Below are positions 1 through 11,438 of a DNA stretch of 64,000 bases, one piece after another. Numbering within the stretch: the first letter of the stretch is position 1; every line of letters starts with the position of its first letter. Source of the stretch: Alphaproteobacteria bacterium. GTDB lineage: Bacteria; Pseudomonadota; Alphaproteobacteria; SP197. A program made the position numbers and the translations under genes. The stretch is taken from positions 1,792,001 to 1,856,000 of the forward strand of contig OZ219747.1 of the NCBI GenBank assembly GCA_964291265.2, written 5' to 3'. The notes beneath the pieces are model-generated. The model searched no databases. It saw nothing but the letters and a program-made list of their open reading frames with translations, and was not told the origin of the DNA.

Positions 1-800
1 AAGGAGCGATTCATGCCCTTGCACATGATGTAGCTCAGGATGGCGCCGGAAGAACCGACGAGGGCGCCGGTGATGATGAGAAGCTCGTTCTCCAGGGTGA
101 AGCCGATGCCGGCTGCCGCCCAACCGGAGTAGCTGTTGAGCATGGAAACAACCACCGGCATGTCCGCGCCACCGATCGGGACGATGAGGGTGACACCGAT
201 CAGGAAAGCCAGGGCGGCGACAATCCAGAAGGCGTCCGCGTTGCCGTCGGCAGCAAACCACGCGCCGGCGGCGGCCATGGCGAGGCCGATCAGCAGGTTG
301 AGAAGATGCTGTCCCCGGAAGATGACCGGTGCGCCGGACACCAGTCCCTGGAGTTTGGCGAAGGCGACCACGGAACCGGAAAAGGTCACGGCGCCGATCG
401 CCATGCCGAGGATCATCTCGATCCTGCTGGCGAGCCGGATGGCGCCGTCGGCGCCGACGATGCCGTAGGCTTCGGGAGAAAGAAGTGCAGCGGCGGCAAC
501 GAGGACGGCAGCCAGGCCCACCAGGCTGTGGAAGGCCGCCACCAGTTGCGGCATCGCCGTCATCCGGATGTTGAAGGCGATGGCCATGCCGATGGCGCCG
601 CCGATGACAAGACCGCCGACGATCCACCAGTAGGACATGACGGTGGGATCGGCCATCGTCACCGCCACGGCCATGACCATGCCGATCATGCCGATGAGAT
701 TGCCCCGGCGCGATGATCCCGGCGCCGAGAGGCCCTTCAGCGCCAGGATGAAGCAGACCGCGGCCACCAGATAGGCAAGGGCCGCCAGGTCCGCGGTCAT
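1..800 (-). CDS. pntB: NAD(P) transhydrogenase subunit beta (5' part; runs off window)
   Basis: Reverse strand from ATG at 800 reads [25 protein letters not shown]...GNLIGMIGM, later HSLVGLAAV and [21 protein letters not shown]; ATGA overlap with upstream pntA part 2. Confidence 0.95.
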   Translation of the reverse strand, partial: MTADLAALAYLVAAVCFILALKGLSAPGSSRRGNLIGMIGMVMAVAVTMADPTVMSYWWIVGGLVIGGAIGMAIAFNIRMTAMPQLVAAFHSLVGLAAVLVAAAALLSPEAYGIVGADGAIRLASRIEMILGMAIGAVTFSGSVVAFAKLQGLVSGAPVIFRGQHLLNLLIGLAMAAAGAWFAADGNADAFWIVAALAFLIGVTLIVPIGGADMPVVVSMLNSYSGWAAAGIGFTLENELLIITGALVGSSGAILSYIMCKGMNRS

Positions 801-1111
801 GGATCCCGCCCCCTGGCGCCGTCCTTCCTGCGGAACATCTCCAGCATGCGCTGGGTCACGGCAAAGCCGCCGAAGATGTTGATGGCCGCCAGGGTGACGG
901 CGATGAAACCAAGGACTCCCGAGAGATCCATTCCCTCCGGGCCGGCGGCGATCAGCGCGCCGACGATGATGACGCTGGAAATCGCGTTGGTGACCGACAT
1001 CAGGGGCGTATGAAGCGCCGGAGTTACGGCCCAGACCACGTGGTACCCGACAAAGATGGCGAGCACGAAGATCGTCAGACGGAAGAAAAGCGGATCGACA
1101 GCGGCTTCCAT
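797..1111 (-). CDS. pntA: NAD(P) transhydrogenase subunit alpha part 2
   Basis: [18 protein letters not shown] and [17 protein letters not shown] motifs; start trimmed to MEAAVDP. Confidence 0.93.
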   Translation of the reverse strand: MEAAVDPLFFRLTIFVLAIFVGYHVVWAVTPALHTPLMSVTNAISSVIIVGALIAAGPEGMDLSGVLGFIAVTLAAINIFGGFAVTQRMLEMFRRKDGARGRDP

Positions 1112-1115
1112 GGGC

Positions 1116-2264
1116 TCAGCTCCCCTTCGCATCGCAGAGCAGGGGATGGACAAGCACGCCGCTGCGCATCACGCACATGCCGCTGATCACCTCGTCTTCG
1201 TGATCAAGCGCAAGGCGCCCGGTTTCGGCATCGATGAAGGGCGCAATGAGATTGAACAGGTTGCGTGCATAGAAGGTCGAGGCATCGGCCGCCAGGCGTC
1301 CCGCCACGTTGGAGAATCCGACAAGGGTGACACCGTCGACATCCACCACCTCGTCGCGAATGCTGCCGTCGCAATTGCCGCCGTCCTCCACTGCGAGATC
1401 GACGATGACGGAACCGCGTTTCATGTTCCGGACCATGGCGTCGGTCACGAGCCGCGGCGCCGGTCGCCCGGGGATGCGGGCGGTGGTGATGCAGATGTCG
1501 GCCTTCTTCAGGGCGCCCGCGATCGCCTCGCCCTGCCGGGCGAGATAGGCATCATCCATCTCCCGGGCATAACCTGCCCGGGTCTCGGCGTCATCGGCGC
1601 CTGGAACCTCCACGAAGCTGGCGCCGAGACTCTCCACCTCCTCCTTCACGGCTGCCCGGACATCGAAGACCTCGACCACGGCGCCCAGTCGCCGTGCGGT
1701 CGCAATGGCCTGGAGCCCCGCCACACCGGCGCCAAGAATCAACACCCGCGCCGGCGCGATGGTGCCGGCGGCCGTCATCATCATGGGCATGGCGCGGCCG
1801 AAGAACATGCAGGCGTCCAGCACCGCCTTGTAGCCGGCCAGACTCGCCTGGGATGTCAGGGCGTCCATGGCCTGGGCGCGGCTGATTCGGGGAATCAGCT
1901 CCATGGCCAGCACGGTGAGCCGTCTGGCGGCGTAGCCGGCGTACTGTTCGCGGTCGCCGAGGGGGTTGATGAGACCGACGACGACACATCCTTCGGGGAT
2001 GTGGGTCACCTCGTCGATGTCATCCGCGGTGACCGGCCGGTTGACCTTGAAGACGACATCGGCGCCAGACAGGACATCGTCGACATCGCTGGACACGATG
2101 GCGCCGGCCTGGCGGAACGTGTCGTCCGTCCATCCGGCAGCTTCGCCTGCTCCCGCTTCGATGGCGACCGCGACACCCTTGTTCTTCAGCCTTGTGACCA
2201 TGTCAGGGGAGGCGGCCACCCTGGTCTCGGCAGGATGACGCTCCCGCAATACTGCACACTTCAT
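1116..2264 (-). CDS. pntA: NAD(P) transhydrogenase subunit alpha part 1
   Basis: [29 protein letters not shown] Rossmann motif, [11 protein letters not shown]. Confidence 0.95.
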   Translation of the reverse strand: MKCAVLRERHPAETRVAASPDMVTRLKNKGVAVAIEAGAGEAAGWTDDTFRQAGAIVSSDVDDVLSGADVVFKVNRPVTADDIDEVTHIPEGCVVVGLINPLGDREQYAGYAARRLTVLAMELIPRISRAQAMDALTSQASLAGYKAVLDACMFFGRAMPMMMTAAGTIAPARVLILGAGVAGLQAIATARRLGAVVEVFDVRAAVKEEVESLGASFVEVPGADDAETRAGYAREMDDAYLARQGEAIAGALKKADICITTARIPGRPAPRLVTDAMVRNMKRGSVIVDLAVEDGGNCDGSIRDEVVDVDGVTLVGFSNVAGRLAADASTFYARNLFNLIAPFIDAETGRLALDHEDEVISGMCVMRSGVLVHPLLCDAKGS

Positions 2265-2361
2265 CGGCTGTCCGGATGACTGGATGACGGGTGCCGCATC
2301 TTGGCGAAGACACCGGACAATGTGAAGGGCAGGGCGGCGATACTGTCAGGTTCCATCGGAC

Positions 2362-3036
2362 TTATCCCGCACCCCCGCTTCTCGACCGCGTTGTCGAGGG
2401 CACCAGAGTCCTCCCGTGGTAGGCGAGAACGCCGGACCAGGCCGAGCTGTCGACTGGAATTCCTTCATCCAGCGCCGTCCTTCTTCCCTCCTCGATGACA
2501 TGCCGGGGACCGGTTGAGGACATGGTGGCGCCCGGAGCATGCGCCGCGACTGTCACCGCTGCCCGGCCCCGGGAGGTGTCGCCCTCCAGGGCTGCCAGCC
2601 CCCCGGCCATCTCGATGACCGTCGCGGCGCCTCCATGCCAGGAAAGGCGGGCGTGGCCGTGCGCGGCAACGGCGACGGCCCCTGCGAGCAGAAGCGGCAC
2701 GTCCACCCTGTCGACATGGAGCGTCGCGGGCTCGGCCGGCGTCATGGAGAGCCGGTCGGTGACGACAGGGCCGGCGAAGAGCGCCGACACCATCCCGCCG
2801 TCGCGACAGGCGAGGCGACTGTCGCGGATCACGAGATCGCCGCTGCTTTGACCTGTGGCCAGGGCATCGAGCGCCGGCAGCGCCGCCCGGGCCGGGTCCA
2901 TGTCGATGAAGGCAAGCCACGCCGCAGCGGCGGCAAACTCCTCACAGATGCCGACGGGGGCGCCGGCACCGGCGGCGGCACGGGCGAAGTGGAAGAGAAT
3001 CTCGTTGAGCGAGAGAAGGACAGGAGATGTGGCCAT
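2362..3036 (-). CDS. DUF3726-like protein
   Basis: N-terminal SLNEI...RAAAGAG and C-terminal GIPVD..W...TLVPST..SR.GGAG pattern. Confidence 0.7.
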   Translation of the reverse strand: MATSPVLLSLNEILFHFARAAAGAGAPVGICEEFAAAAAWLAFIDMDPARAALPALDALATGQSSGDLVIRDSRLACRDGGMVSALFAGPVVTDRLSMTPAEPATLHVDRVDVPLLLAGAVAVAAHGHARLSWHGGAATVIEMAGGLAALEGDTSRGRAAVTVAAHAPGATMSSTGPRHVIEEGRRTALDEGIPVDSSAWSGVLAYHGRTLVPSTTRSRSGGAG

Positions 3037-3045
3037 GCCGGAAGT

Positions 3046-4719
3046 TCAAGGATGGGGAAAGAGCCACTGCGACTCCGTGCCGCCGGTGATGTCTCCCGGC
3101 AGCGGCGCCCCCCGGTAGAGGGTCACGCGGGTCCAGAGATCCGACCTGGGGTCGAATCCGTTGGCGCCGAAGAAGGCCAGCTTGAATCGCAGGATGTCGA
3201 GAGGACGTCGGTCAGCCGCCAGGAGATTGTCGCGAATCTCCGCGTAGGGAAGGTGGGCGAGATGCTGAACACGACGCACCGTGCTTCGCCATTCCGGCGC
3301 CGCGACGAGAAAATCGGCAACGCTTTCCAGGCGATCACGATCTGCGAGCCGTGCTTTCAGCATGGCGACATCACGGCCGATGGCCACGGCCATTTCCATG
3401 TCGGCGCCGGGCTCGGCGTAGCGATCGCCCACACGCGGTTCGAGCTTTTCATCGGAGTAGTACCAGAAGCGCTGGCGGGAATCCCGGGCGGCGTGGTCGA
3501 TGGCGAGAGCCCAGCCGTAGTGGTCGTCGATGAGGTCGATGAGGTCTGCGAGCGGCATGGCTGGCTTCACGGCAGGCAGACTGCCGCCGGAACTCATGCC
3601 CTCGCACAGGCCGTCGATCAACGTTCCCTGGTTCTCGAGCAACAGGGCCACCACCATCTCCTGTCCTTCCAGGGAGAACCGCCTGGACGCCAGGCGCCAG
3701 AGAGCATCCCATGGCCGTTCGCTGTCGAGCCCGTCGTCGCACCAGGCTTCGAGGTATGCGAGATCGTCGCCAAGCCCCGAGATGCGTGCCGACTGTACCG
3801 GATCGTCCACCTCCCAGGCAGCGACATGGCGCCGTGCGTCGCCCAGAAGGTCGCGGAACTCCCCGATGGCGTCCGGGGTGGCCCGTTCCACCTTCCGCAC
3901 GCGCAGGAGGGCGCGTTCGCGAGCCATGACCCAGTTGTTGATCAGCAGCGGGTGCTTGACGAGAAACGGCGCCATGCCGAGGCCCGTGGCGTTGCCGATG
4001 CCGAGCGCTCTCGCAAACTCCTCGGACAGTTTCGCTGCGCGGTGTCCCGACCGTTGCCGGGCCATGTGGTTGACGAGGTCGACGCTCATCCAGCGAATGA
4101 GATAGACGGCGAGAAGTTCCGCCTGGAAGGGGGCGCGCAACTCGTCGCGCCCGGCGATCCGGCCGCGGTCGGCGCAGCCGAACTTGCCGCTTCCGTAGAC
4201 CGCCGTGGTGCGCATCAGATAGCCGACATCCTCCATGAGATCGCGGCATGGCTGCCGGCCACCGGCCAGCCTCTCCACCACATGATCGAAGATCCTGCCG
4301 CTCCTGTTGGCGCGCGCCAGGACCAGTTCACTGGCCGTGAAACGCCCGGCCTCCTGGCGGGGCGTGTTCACGGCGAGGCGTTCGATGTCTGCGGCGCCGG
4401 GGATGCCGTCAAAGAGCGAGAACGTGGCGTCCCAGGCCCTGGCGATGACGCGGTCCGTTCTCTCCCGGGGATCGATGAGCCCTGAAAATCCCACCAGGCT
4501 GTAGGTCCGGCGGGAGCCGTGGACAGCGTGGATGGTGTGGCCAACCCCGTTGTGATCGAGATCGATGCGCATTCTCTCGAAACGCCAGCGCTCGCGGATC
4601 ATGCGACGGATCAACTGGCGCACGAAACTCAGTCGTGTGGGGAAGGATGCCCCCATGCGCTCGAGGCGCATGATCTCGCCGGGAGGGCGCAGCTGCGGCA
4701 TGCCTTCGGTTGCTGTCAT
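3046..4719 (-). CDS. conserved hypothetical protein (557 aa)
   Basis: Long intact ORF with typical codon usage; motifs MRLERMGASFPTRLSF, RTTAVYGSGKFG, GIGNATGLGMAPFL, FWYYSDEKLEPR; ATGA overlap with the BVMO gene. Confidence 0.8.
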   Translation of the reverse strand: MTATEGMPQLRPPGEIMRLERMGASFPTRLSFVRQLIRRMIRERWRFERMRIDLDHNGVGHTIHAVHGSRRTYSLVGFSGLIDPRERTDRVIARAWDATFSLFDGIPGAADIERLAVNTPRQEAGRFTASELVLARANRSGRIFDHVVERLAGGRQPCRDLMEDVGYLMRTTAVYGSGKFGCADRGRIAGRDELRAPFQAELLAVYLIRWMSVDLVNHMARQRSGHRAAKLSEEFARALGIGNATGLGMAPFLVKHPLLINNWVMARERALLRVRKVERATPDAIGEFRDLLGDARRHVAAWEVDDPVQSARISGLGDDLAYLEAWCDDGLDSERPWDALWRLASRRFSLEGQEMVVALLLENQGTLIDGLCEGMSSGGSLPAVKPAMPLADLIDLIDDHYGWALAIDHAARDSRQRFWYYSDEKLEPRVGDRYAEPGADMEMAVAIGRDVAMLKARLADRDRLESVADFLVAAPEWRSTVRRVQHLAHLPYAEIRDNLLAADRRPLDILRFKLAFFGANGFDPRSDLWTRVTLYRGAPLPGDITGGTESQWLFPHP

Positions 4720-6200
4720 CGCGTGCCGGTGAGCTCGAGTGTCCCGTCCTCGATCGGCGAGCGCTTCACCAGGCGGACATCAAGGGCGTAGTCCTGGGTG
4801 TTGCGCCAGGGATCGCGGTCTCCCTGCCGGGGCAGGTGGTCAAGGGCGCGCAGGATGTAGCCCGCCGGAAAGTCGTCGATCCAGGGCCGTGGTGTCATGT
4901 CCCGGTGTGCGTCGCCGAGCCGGGGTGTGGCCTGCCGCTTGCCTGTCTTGTCCATCGTGTTGATCAGCCTGCATGCGTAGCCGGCTGTCAGGTCGGCGCG
5001 CAGGGTCCAGCTGGCATTGACGTAGCCGAATGTCTGGACGAGATTGGGGACATCCGAGAGCATCATGCCCTTGTAGGACCAGTGCTCGGGCGGATGCACG
5101 GCGGCACCGTCGACGGAAAGCCTGACGCCGTTGAGGATCTTCATCCTGAGGCCCGTGGCGACGACGATGATGTCGGCCTTGATGGTCTCGCCGCTGGCGA
5201 GCGCCAGGCCGTCATGGGTGAATCGTTCGATGGTGTCGGTGCGAACGGTCGCCTGACCGCTGTTGAGGACATGGTAGAGATCGTCGTCAGGAATCAGACA
5301 CAGGCGCTGGTCCCAGGGACCGTAGCTCGGCGTGAAGTGCCTGGCGACATCGATTTCGGGCTTGAGTGCCTGGCGCACGAGGCCGATGAATTCGGCCTTC
5401 ACCTTCTCCGGTTCGGTCCGGGTCCTGCGGTAGAGTTCCAAGTCCCGCCTGACGTTGCGCCTCCGCGTGATGGCATAGGCCAGGCGGTTCGGCAGGAATC
5501 TGGCGAGGAGGTTTGCGGTTTTGTCCTCGCTCGGCCAGGAAACGACATATGTCGGGGAACGCTGGACCATGATGACGTGAGAGGCTCCGGCCATCGCCAG
5601 GGCCGGCACCAGGGTCATGGCCGTGGCGCCGGAACCGATGACGGCAAACCGCTTGTCCCGGCACTCCAGGTTCTCGGGCCAGAACTGCGGATGCACGATG
5701 GCGCCGGAAAACAGGTCCTCTCCTTCCCAGGTCGGCCGGTACGGTTCTTCGTAGTCGTAGTACCCGCCGCACAGCAGCAGCATGGTGCACGTCAGGCGAA
5801 CGGTCTCACCCTCGTGTTCCGCCTCGACGGTCCAGAGCGCTTCGCTGCTTGACCAGGATGCCGCCGTGACGCGGTGGTCGAAGCGGACATGGCGCCTGAT
5901 GTCGTGTTCGTCCGCCGTCTCGTTGATGTAACGCAGGATCGACGGGCCATCGGCGATGGCACGGGCTTCCAGCCACGGCTTGAAGGCATAGCCCAGCGTG
6001 TGCATGTCACTGTCGGAGCGCACCCCCGGGTAGCGGAAGAGATCCCAGGTGCCGCCGATGGTCCGGCGGCTCTCGAGAATGGTGAAACTCTTCGACGGGC
6101 AATGGTGCATGAGGTGCCACGCACTGCCGATTCCGGACAGCCCGGCGCCGACGATGACGACATCGACGCGGTGGCTCGCCCGACCCGCCCTCTCTCTCAT
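4716..6200 (-). CDS. EthA-type flavin-containing (Baeyer-Villiger) monooxygenase
   Basis: GAGLSG, GGTWDLFRYPGVRSDSD, FSGAIVHPQFWP, GSGATA, YGPWDQRLC, ATG motifs. Confidence 0.9.
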   Translation of the reverse strand: MRERAGRASHRVDVVIVGAGLSGIGSAWHLMHHCPSKSFTILESRRTIGGTWDLFRYPGVRSDSDMHTLGYAFKPWLEARAIADGPSILRYINETADEHDIRRHVRFDHRVTAASWSSSEALWTVEAEHEGETVRLTCTMLLLCGGYYDYEEPYRPTWEGEDLFSGAIVHPQFWPENLECRDKRFAVIGSGATAMTLVPALAMAGASHVIMVQRSPTYVVSWPSEDKTANLLARFLPNRLAYAITRRRNVRRDLELYRRTRTEPEKVKAEFIGLVRQALKPEIDVARHFTPSYGPWDQRLCLIPDDDLYHVLNSGQATVRTDTIERFTHDGLALASGETIKADIIVVATGLRMKILNGVRLSVDGAAVHPPEHWSYKGMMLSDVPNLVQTFGYVNASWTLRADLTAGYACRLINTMDKTGKRQATPRLGDAHRDMTPRPWIDDFPAGYILRALDHLPRQGDRDPWRNTQDYALDVRLVKRSPIEDGTLELTGTR

Positions 6201-7087
6201 GGAGGAGCCGCCGCCAGGGCCCCGGCAAGGACCCGCCCGCAGTCTTCGCGGGCTCGTTCCACCTCGGCGCCGATGATCCGGGGCATCAGGAGACATCCGT
6301 GAAGCCTGTCCGCGTGCCGGATGAGTTCGACGGTGACGCCGGCGTCCCCTTGTTTTCGGGCACGGGCCCGATCCTCGTCACGCAGCGGGTCGAGCCCGTC
6401 CACGATGACGGTGGCCGGTGGCTGGCCGGCAAGGTCATCGGCGGCGGGCACGGGCGGGTTGTCGAAACCCGTCTCGTCGCGGGTGCGGCAGACAACATGG
6501 AACACCATGAGATCGAGGGAGAAGCCCTTCGAACAAGGGCGCGGTGGACCGTGTGTCGGCTCCCATGTCGACGGGGAGATGGATGAGGAACAGGTGGCGG
6601 TACCCCGGTCCACCTCGCCCCTTCGCGAGTCGGTTGCCGCCGGCACTGTCGCCTCCCATGGCCGTGTGCCCGGGGTCGCAACCGAAATCCCCGGCCCGGG
6701 CATGGATGGAGACAGCGGCGTCATGGCAATCCTCGAGAGGTTCCGGGAACTTCGCCTCGGGCGACAAAGTTCACCGCCACGCCGGCCTTCAGGGAAAGAA
6801 TGCGGCGCATCGAATCGTCGGCGCCGATCGAGCGCCTGACGTGACCGCCGCCATGGAAGAAGGCGAGGGCCGGACATCCGGCGCCCGGCTCCGGTTCGCA
6901 GACGCGGACATGCCGGCCGGTATCGAGCGGGGCTGTCCGGAGCCTCGATGTCGAGTTCCGCCAGTTCGCGTTCAAGAGCTCGCCGTGAAGGGTCCGGGTC
7001 ACTCGGGTCGATCGGCTGGTCGGCGTCTCTCGAGGCCTGTGCCAGGAAGCACCTGAGACGTGGGTGGAGGTCGGCTTTGTCGTCCAA
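6197..7087 (-). pseudogene. frameshifted HSL-family alpha/beta hydrolase (esterase)
   Basis: HGGG, PEAKFPEPLEDC/GDSAGGN and DPLRDE...HG motifs are spread over three reading frames. Confidence 0.8.
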
Positions 7088-7102
7088 GGAGCCGTGCCAG
7101 GA

Positions 7103-8309
7103 TCAGAAGTTCCCGATACAACGATCGATCTCGACTGTGGTGATGTCGTCGGCCACCGGATCCAATTCCGCCAGGCTGATCAGGATGGCGAGCCGGTCGT
7201 TGCCCGGGAGGTCGGCCAGAAACGCCGATACTTGCGCCTTTCCGATTGCATCGTCGATGGTGGTGGACAACGGCTCGCGGTCGGACGATTCGGACGCGTT
7301 GCCCATGCAGGGCTGAGTCGGTTCCAGTTGCCGCTCGATGCCGTCGAGAGCGGCGGCGACAAGGCAGCAGGGGTTGCAGTCGGCCGCTCCGTCGCGCACC
7401 TCGATCCGCATGGTCCGGGGCGAGTGTCCGATGACCCGCAGGGCTGCGGACCTGTTGTCGCATCCCCAGGCGGTGTTGATGGGAGAGAAGCTGTCGGGCC
7501 GCCGCCTTCGGTAGGCGTTGGGCGTCGTCGCGCCGACGAGTGACTTTTCAGTCATCCTGGCCATGGAACACCGATTCACCGTCCCGCCACAAGGAGTGAT
7601 GGAGGCGGAGTCCGTTGCCCGCCTCCCCCTGGAGCGGATTGGCCATGAACGTCGCCAGATATCCGTGCGCGTGGGCAATCTGCTTCACCATGCTTCTGGA
7701 CACGACGGTCCTGTCGGCTGACACCAGGGCCTCGTCATGGGCCATGTTCACCTCGACCTGCCCGGCGGCGCACTGCGGATTGGACTGCTCGATGGGAATG
7801 CCGACGGCATCGAGATGGTGGCGAATCGGGCCGACGACATGGTCCGGCTCGGCGGCGCGGTTCAGGCTGTAGACCTGGATGCCGGTGTCCCGCGGCCGCC
7901 TGCTCTGCGGATCAAGGAGATGGAACTCGAGTTCGCTGCCGATGGTGACCCCGAATCCCATGGCCGAGGCTCGTTCGAGAACGTCGATGAGGACGTCGCG
8001 CGAATCGATGGGAACGGGTATGCCGTGGCTCTCCTCGACCCTGCCGAAACAGAAACCGACACCATCCTCCCAGGGCATCGGCACGACATCACCGACCGGA
8101 AACATGTGGCAGTCGTGATAGCCGGTTTCCATGTTGCAGCAGGGCGTGTCCCAGATGTCGCTGGTCATGTCGATGGCGAACATGGCGGCCGACAGAGCGA
8201 TGCCGTGTTCGCTTGCCTGCTGCCAGCGGGTGGCCGGGATCCTCTTGCCCCTGAAGATTCCGTTGAAGTTTCCGGCTCCCAGGGCCACGCTGTGCATCCC
8301 GTCCGACAA
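7103..8309 (-). pseudogene. glutamine-synthetase-like (gamma-glutamyl-amine ligase) gene, frameshifted with internal deletion
   Basis: GIFRGK, GSELEF, GQVEVN and ATFMANP..GNG in 7548-8309; NAYRR, WGCDNRSAALRV and RIEVR in another frame (7103-7560). Confidence 0.82.
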
Positions 8310-8365
8310 TCGTCAGAATCCACTCTTCGTCATGGTGGCAACCGTAGTGGAGGGGCCGTGGCCAA

Positions 8366-9583
8366 TCAACCGCCAGGCCGCGCCCGCCGCCGCATCCATG
8401 CCGCAAGCGGCAGGGGAAGAAGCAGGAGATGAAAGAGCAGCACGGCGCCGGCCAGGCCGTGCGGGTCCCAGAGATCCATGGCGAGGCCGCTGATGGCCGG
8501 TCCCATGATGGATCCCGTACAGAACATCATGCCGAACACCGTGGTGGCGGAAGGAAGGTCGGCGCCACGGAAACGGTCGCCCACCAGCATCACCGCGATG
8601 CCGTAGTGCGCTGACCGCAGGCCGCCGAAGACCATGAGATAGCCGATCAGGAGCAGTCCCCCGATGTCGTCGAACCATGGCAGGGCAGGTGTCGCGACAT
8701 CGCGCATCCATGGAATGAAGGGAAGGGCGAGGGACGCCAGCGCGCCGGCGACGGTGAATGCGGCGAGCAGCAGGGTGCGATCGAACCTGGACGCCAGCCA
8801 GGCGAGAAGGAAGGTCATGATGGCGCCTCCCCAGCCCTGCCAGCCGAGCATGCGCGCCGAGAGGGCCTCGTCGAGACCGAGACGCAGACCGTAGACCGCC
8901 AGCAGCGCCATGAAGGCGCTGCCGGTCATGCCGAACATGAGGTTGGCCATCATGGGAACAGGCGCCATGCGGATGTACTGGTGCAAGCGTGCCGACGGCT
9001 GGTCGTCGCGTGCGATGCGGACCTGAAGACTGGCGGTGAGCGGGATCATGACCGCGATGACCATCACGCCAGCCGCGATGAAGGGCCCGGCGCCCGCCGA
9101 ACCGGTTTCGGCGAGGATGAAGGGGCCAGCGGCGAACCCGATGGCGATGGCGAACATGAAGAGACTGATGGTGCGGCCGCGGCTGCGATCGTCCGACTGG
9201 TGATTGAGCCAGGTCTCGCCCGTCGTCCACATCATGGACTGGGACGCACCCAGCGCCAGGCGCAGCGGGAACCAGGCCCAGACGTCGACCAGAATCGCCA
9301 TGGCGATGATGGACGTGAGGCAGAGGACGGCGCCCGCCATCATGAGCCGCGCCGGTCCCAGGCGCCGCATGAGTCGTGGCAGCACCGGCATGATGACGAA
9401 GATGCCGGCCATCTGCACGGCGCCCGAAAGACCGATCAGGGATCCGCTTTCTCCCTCGTTCTCCAGGACGAACGACAGCAGCTGGCCCGAGAATCCATAG
9501 AAGGTGGCAATCGCCGCCATGCTGGCGATGACCGCGGCCAGCCCGGCTCGGCGTTCACCGGTTCCGGACCTGTCCGCCATCAC
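8366..9583 (-). CDS. MFS transporter
   Basis: About 12 hydrophobic helices; ETWLN...SRGR motif of YcaD-like MFS. Confidence 0.88.
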   Translation of the reverse strand: MMADRSGTGERRAGLAAVIASMAAIATFYGFSGQLLSFVLENEGESGSLIGLSGAVQMAGIFVIMPVLPRLMRRLGPARLMMAGAVLCLTSIIAMAILVDVWAWFPLRLALGASQSMMWTTGETWLNHQSDDRSRGRTISLFMFAIAIGFAAGPFILAETGSAGAGPFIAAGVMVIAVMIPLTASLQVRIARDDQPSARLHQYIRMAPVPMMANLMFGMTGSAFMALLAVYGLRLGLDEALSARMLGWQGWGGAIMTFLLAWLASRFDRTLLLAAFTVAGALASLALPFIPWMRDVATPALPWFDDIGGLLLIGYLMVFGGLRSAHYGIAVMLVGDRFRGADLPSATTVFGMMFCTGSIMGPAISGLAMDLWDPHGLAGAVLLFHLLLLPLPLAAWMRRRARPGG

Positions 9584-9709
9584 CGTTCAGGATGCCCGGT
9601 GGTGACAGGTGGACCGGGTTTCAGAAGCCGGCCCCTGCGTCATCGGCAGGGCGGGCCGGGACGCGCCTCTCCACGTCATGCCCCGTCACGAGACTTCCCG
9701 AGCGCATCG

Positions 9710-10558
9710 TCATCGGGTCCGACGTCGAGGGCCGGCCCTGTCGTTCTCGCGGTGCATCATGAAGACCGAGATCAGGATGAGCGTGATCGAGACGATGACG
9801 ATGATCGTGCCCACCGCATTGATTTCCGGGGTGATGCCGCGGCGGATGACCGACCAGATGTACATCGGCAGCGTGTTGTCGCGGCCGGTCAGGAAGAACG
9901 TCACCGGAATCTCGTCGAACGAGAGCGTGAACGAGATCAGCGAGGAACCGATGATGGCCGAACGGATGTTGGGCAGCGTGACATGACGGAAGGTCTGCCA
10001 GGGCCGGGCTCCGAGATCGGCCGAGGCTTCCTCGATGCGGCGGTCGAATCGCTGCAGCCGGGCAAAGACATTGGTGACGACGATCGCCGTCAAGGCCGTC
10101 CCGTGGCCGACGATGACGGTCCAGATGCCGAGATCCACCCCCACCGAACGGAAGAACGTCAGCATTGACACGCCGGTAATCAGCCCCGGCAGGGTGATGG
10201 GAAGGATGACGAGACGGCGAAACACCGTCTTGCCGGGAAAGTCGTGGCGATCCAGCGCCAGTGCCGTCGGAATGCCGATGGCAAGGCAGATCATCACGGC
10301 CGACACGCCGACAAGGATCGAGTTCCAGACGGCTGTCATGAGATCGGGATTGCCCAGCGCCCGGGTGTACCAGGCAAGGGTGAAGTCCTCGAGCGGCAGG
10401 CGCGTGATGGGGTTCGAGTTGAAACTGAACACGATCAGGGTGGCAATCGGGGTGTAGAGGAAGGCCAGGACGCACAGCGCGGCGACACCCAGCCCCGCGG
10501 TGCCGGCATCGATCGGCTTCCTGCGTGTCCCGCCGTCGTGCAGGGTGACGGTCGCCAT
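9710..10558 (-). CDS. polyamine/amine ABC transporter permease (PotC-like)
   Basis: EAA motif IEEASADLGA, SFTLSFDE, GITPEINA. Confidence 0.9.
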   Translation of the reverse strand: MATVTLHDGGTRRKPIDAGTAGLGVAALCVLAFLYTPIATLIVFSFNSNPITRLPLEDFTLAWYTRALGNPDLMTAVWNSILVGVSAVMICLAIGIPTALALDRHDFPGKTVFRRLVILPITLPGLITGVSMLTFFRSVGVDLGIWTVIVGHGTALTAIVVTNVFARLQRFDRRIEEASADLGARPWQTFRHVTLPNIRSAIIGSSLISFTLSFDEIPVTFFLTGRDNTLPMYIWSVIRRGITPEINAVGTIIVIVSITLILISVFMMHRENDRAGPRRRTR

Positions 10559-10568
10559 CGGAGGCCTC

Positions 10569-11438
10569 CTAGCCGAGGTTGATGCGGCCGACCCGTTCCA
10601 GCTTGTCGGAGGCCGTGATGATGCCGAGGACGATGACGAGGAGAACGACACCCAGTGCCGACCCCAGGGGCCAGTTCATCGCCATGCCGAACTGTGTCGC
10701 CACGACGTTGGCGATCATGTTGGAATAGGGACCGCCGACCAGGATCGGCGAGATGAAGTCGCCGATCGAAAGCCCGAACGTGAAGGTGAATCCGGCCAGC
10801 ACGCCAGGCATCGAGAGCGGCAGCGTGATCTTGCGGAATGTCGTGAATCGCGGAGCGCCGAGGTCCTTCGAGGCCTCGATGAGACTGGTCGGAATCTTCT
10901 CGAGGGAGGCATAGATCGGCATCACCATGAAGGGCGTGAAGATGTAGGCCATGGTCACCACCATCGCGCCCTGGTTGTAGAGGAAGATGGTGGAGGGCTC
11001 GTCGATGATTCCGAGCCACATGAGGAAGGAGTTGAGGATGCCCTCGCTGCCGAGGATCGTCTTCCAGGTGTAGGCCCGAAGCAGGTAGCTCACCCAGAGC
11101 GGTACGATGGCTGCCGTGTAGAGAAGGAGACGCAGACGAGGGGAGCGCACCTTGAAGGCCAGGAAATAGGCGAGGGGGTAGCTCAGGCAGAACGCGGTGA
11201 CGGACACCGCCAGCGCGATCCACAGGCTGCGCAGGAGCACCGTGAAGTACTGGGAATCCACGATCAGCGTGACGTAGTTGCCGAACTGGAAGTCCGGCAC
11301 GTGGAAGGGAAACTGGCGGGTGTAGAAGCTGATCGCCAGCATGATGAGGTAGGGAACCAGCAGGACCGTGCCCCACCAGAGGGCCGGTCCCGTGAAGAGG
11401 GACCAGAAGCCGAGGACCTGTCTGGTGCGTGGCTTCAT
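10569..11438 (-). CDS. polyamine/amine ABC transporter permease (PotB-like)
   Basis: LIEASKDLGA, PFMVMPIY, NWPLGSAL. Confidence 0.9.
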   Translation of the reverse strand: MKPRTRQVLGFWSLFTGPALWWGTVLLVPYLIMLAISFYTRQFPFHVPDFQFGNYVTLIVDSQYFTVLLRSLWIALAVSVTAFCLSYPLAYFLAFKVRSPRLRLLLYTAAIVPLWVSYLLRAYTWKTILGSEGILNSFLMWLGIIDEPSTIFLYNQGAMVVTMAYIFTPFMVMPIYASLEKIPTSLIEASKDLGAPRFTTFRKITLPLSMPGVLAGFTFTFGLSIGDFISPILVGGPYSNMIANVVATQFGMAMNWPLGSALGVVLLVIVLGIITASDKLERVGRINLG

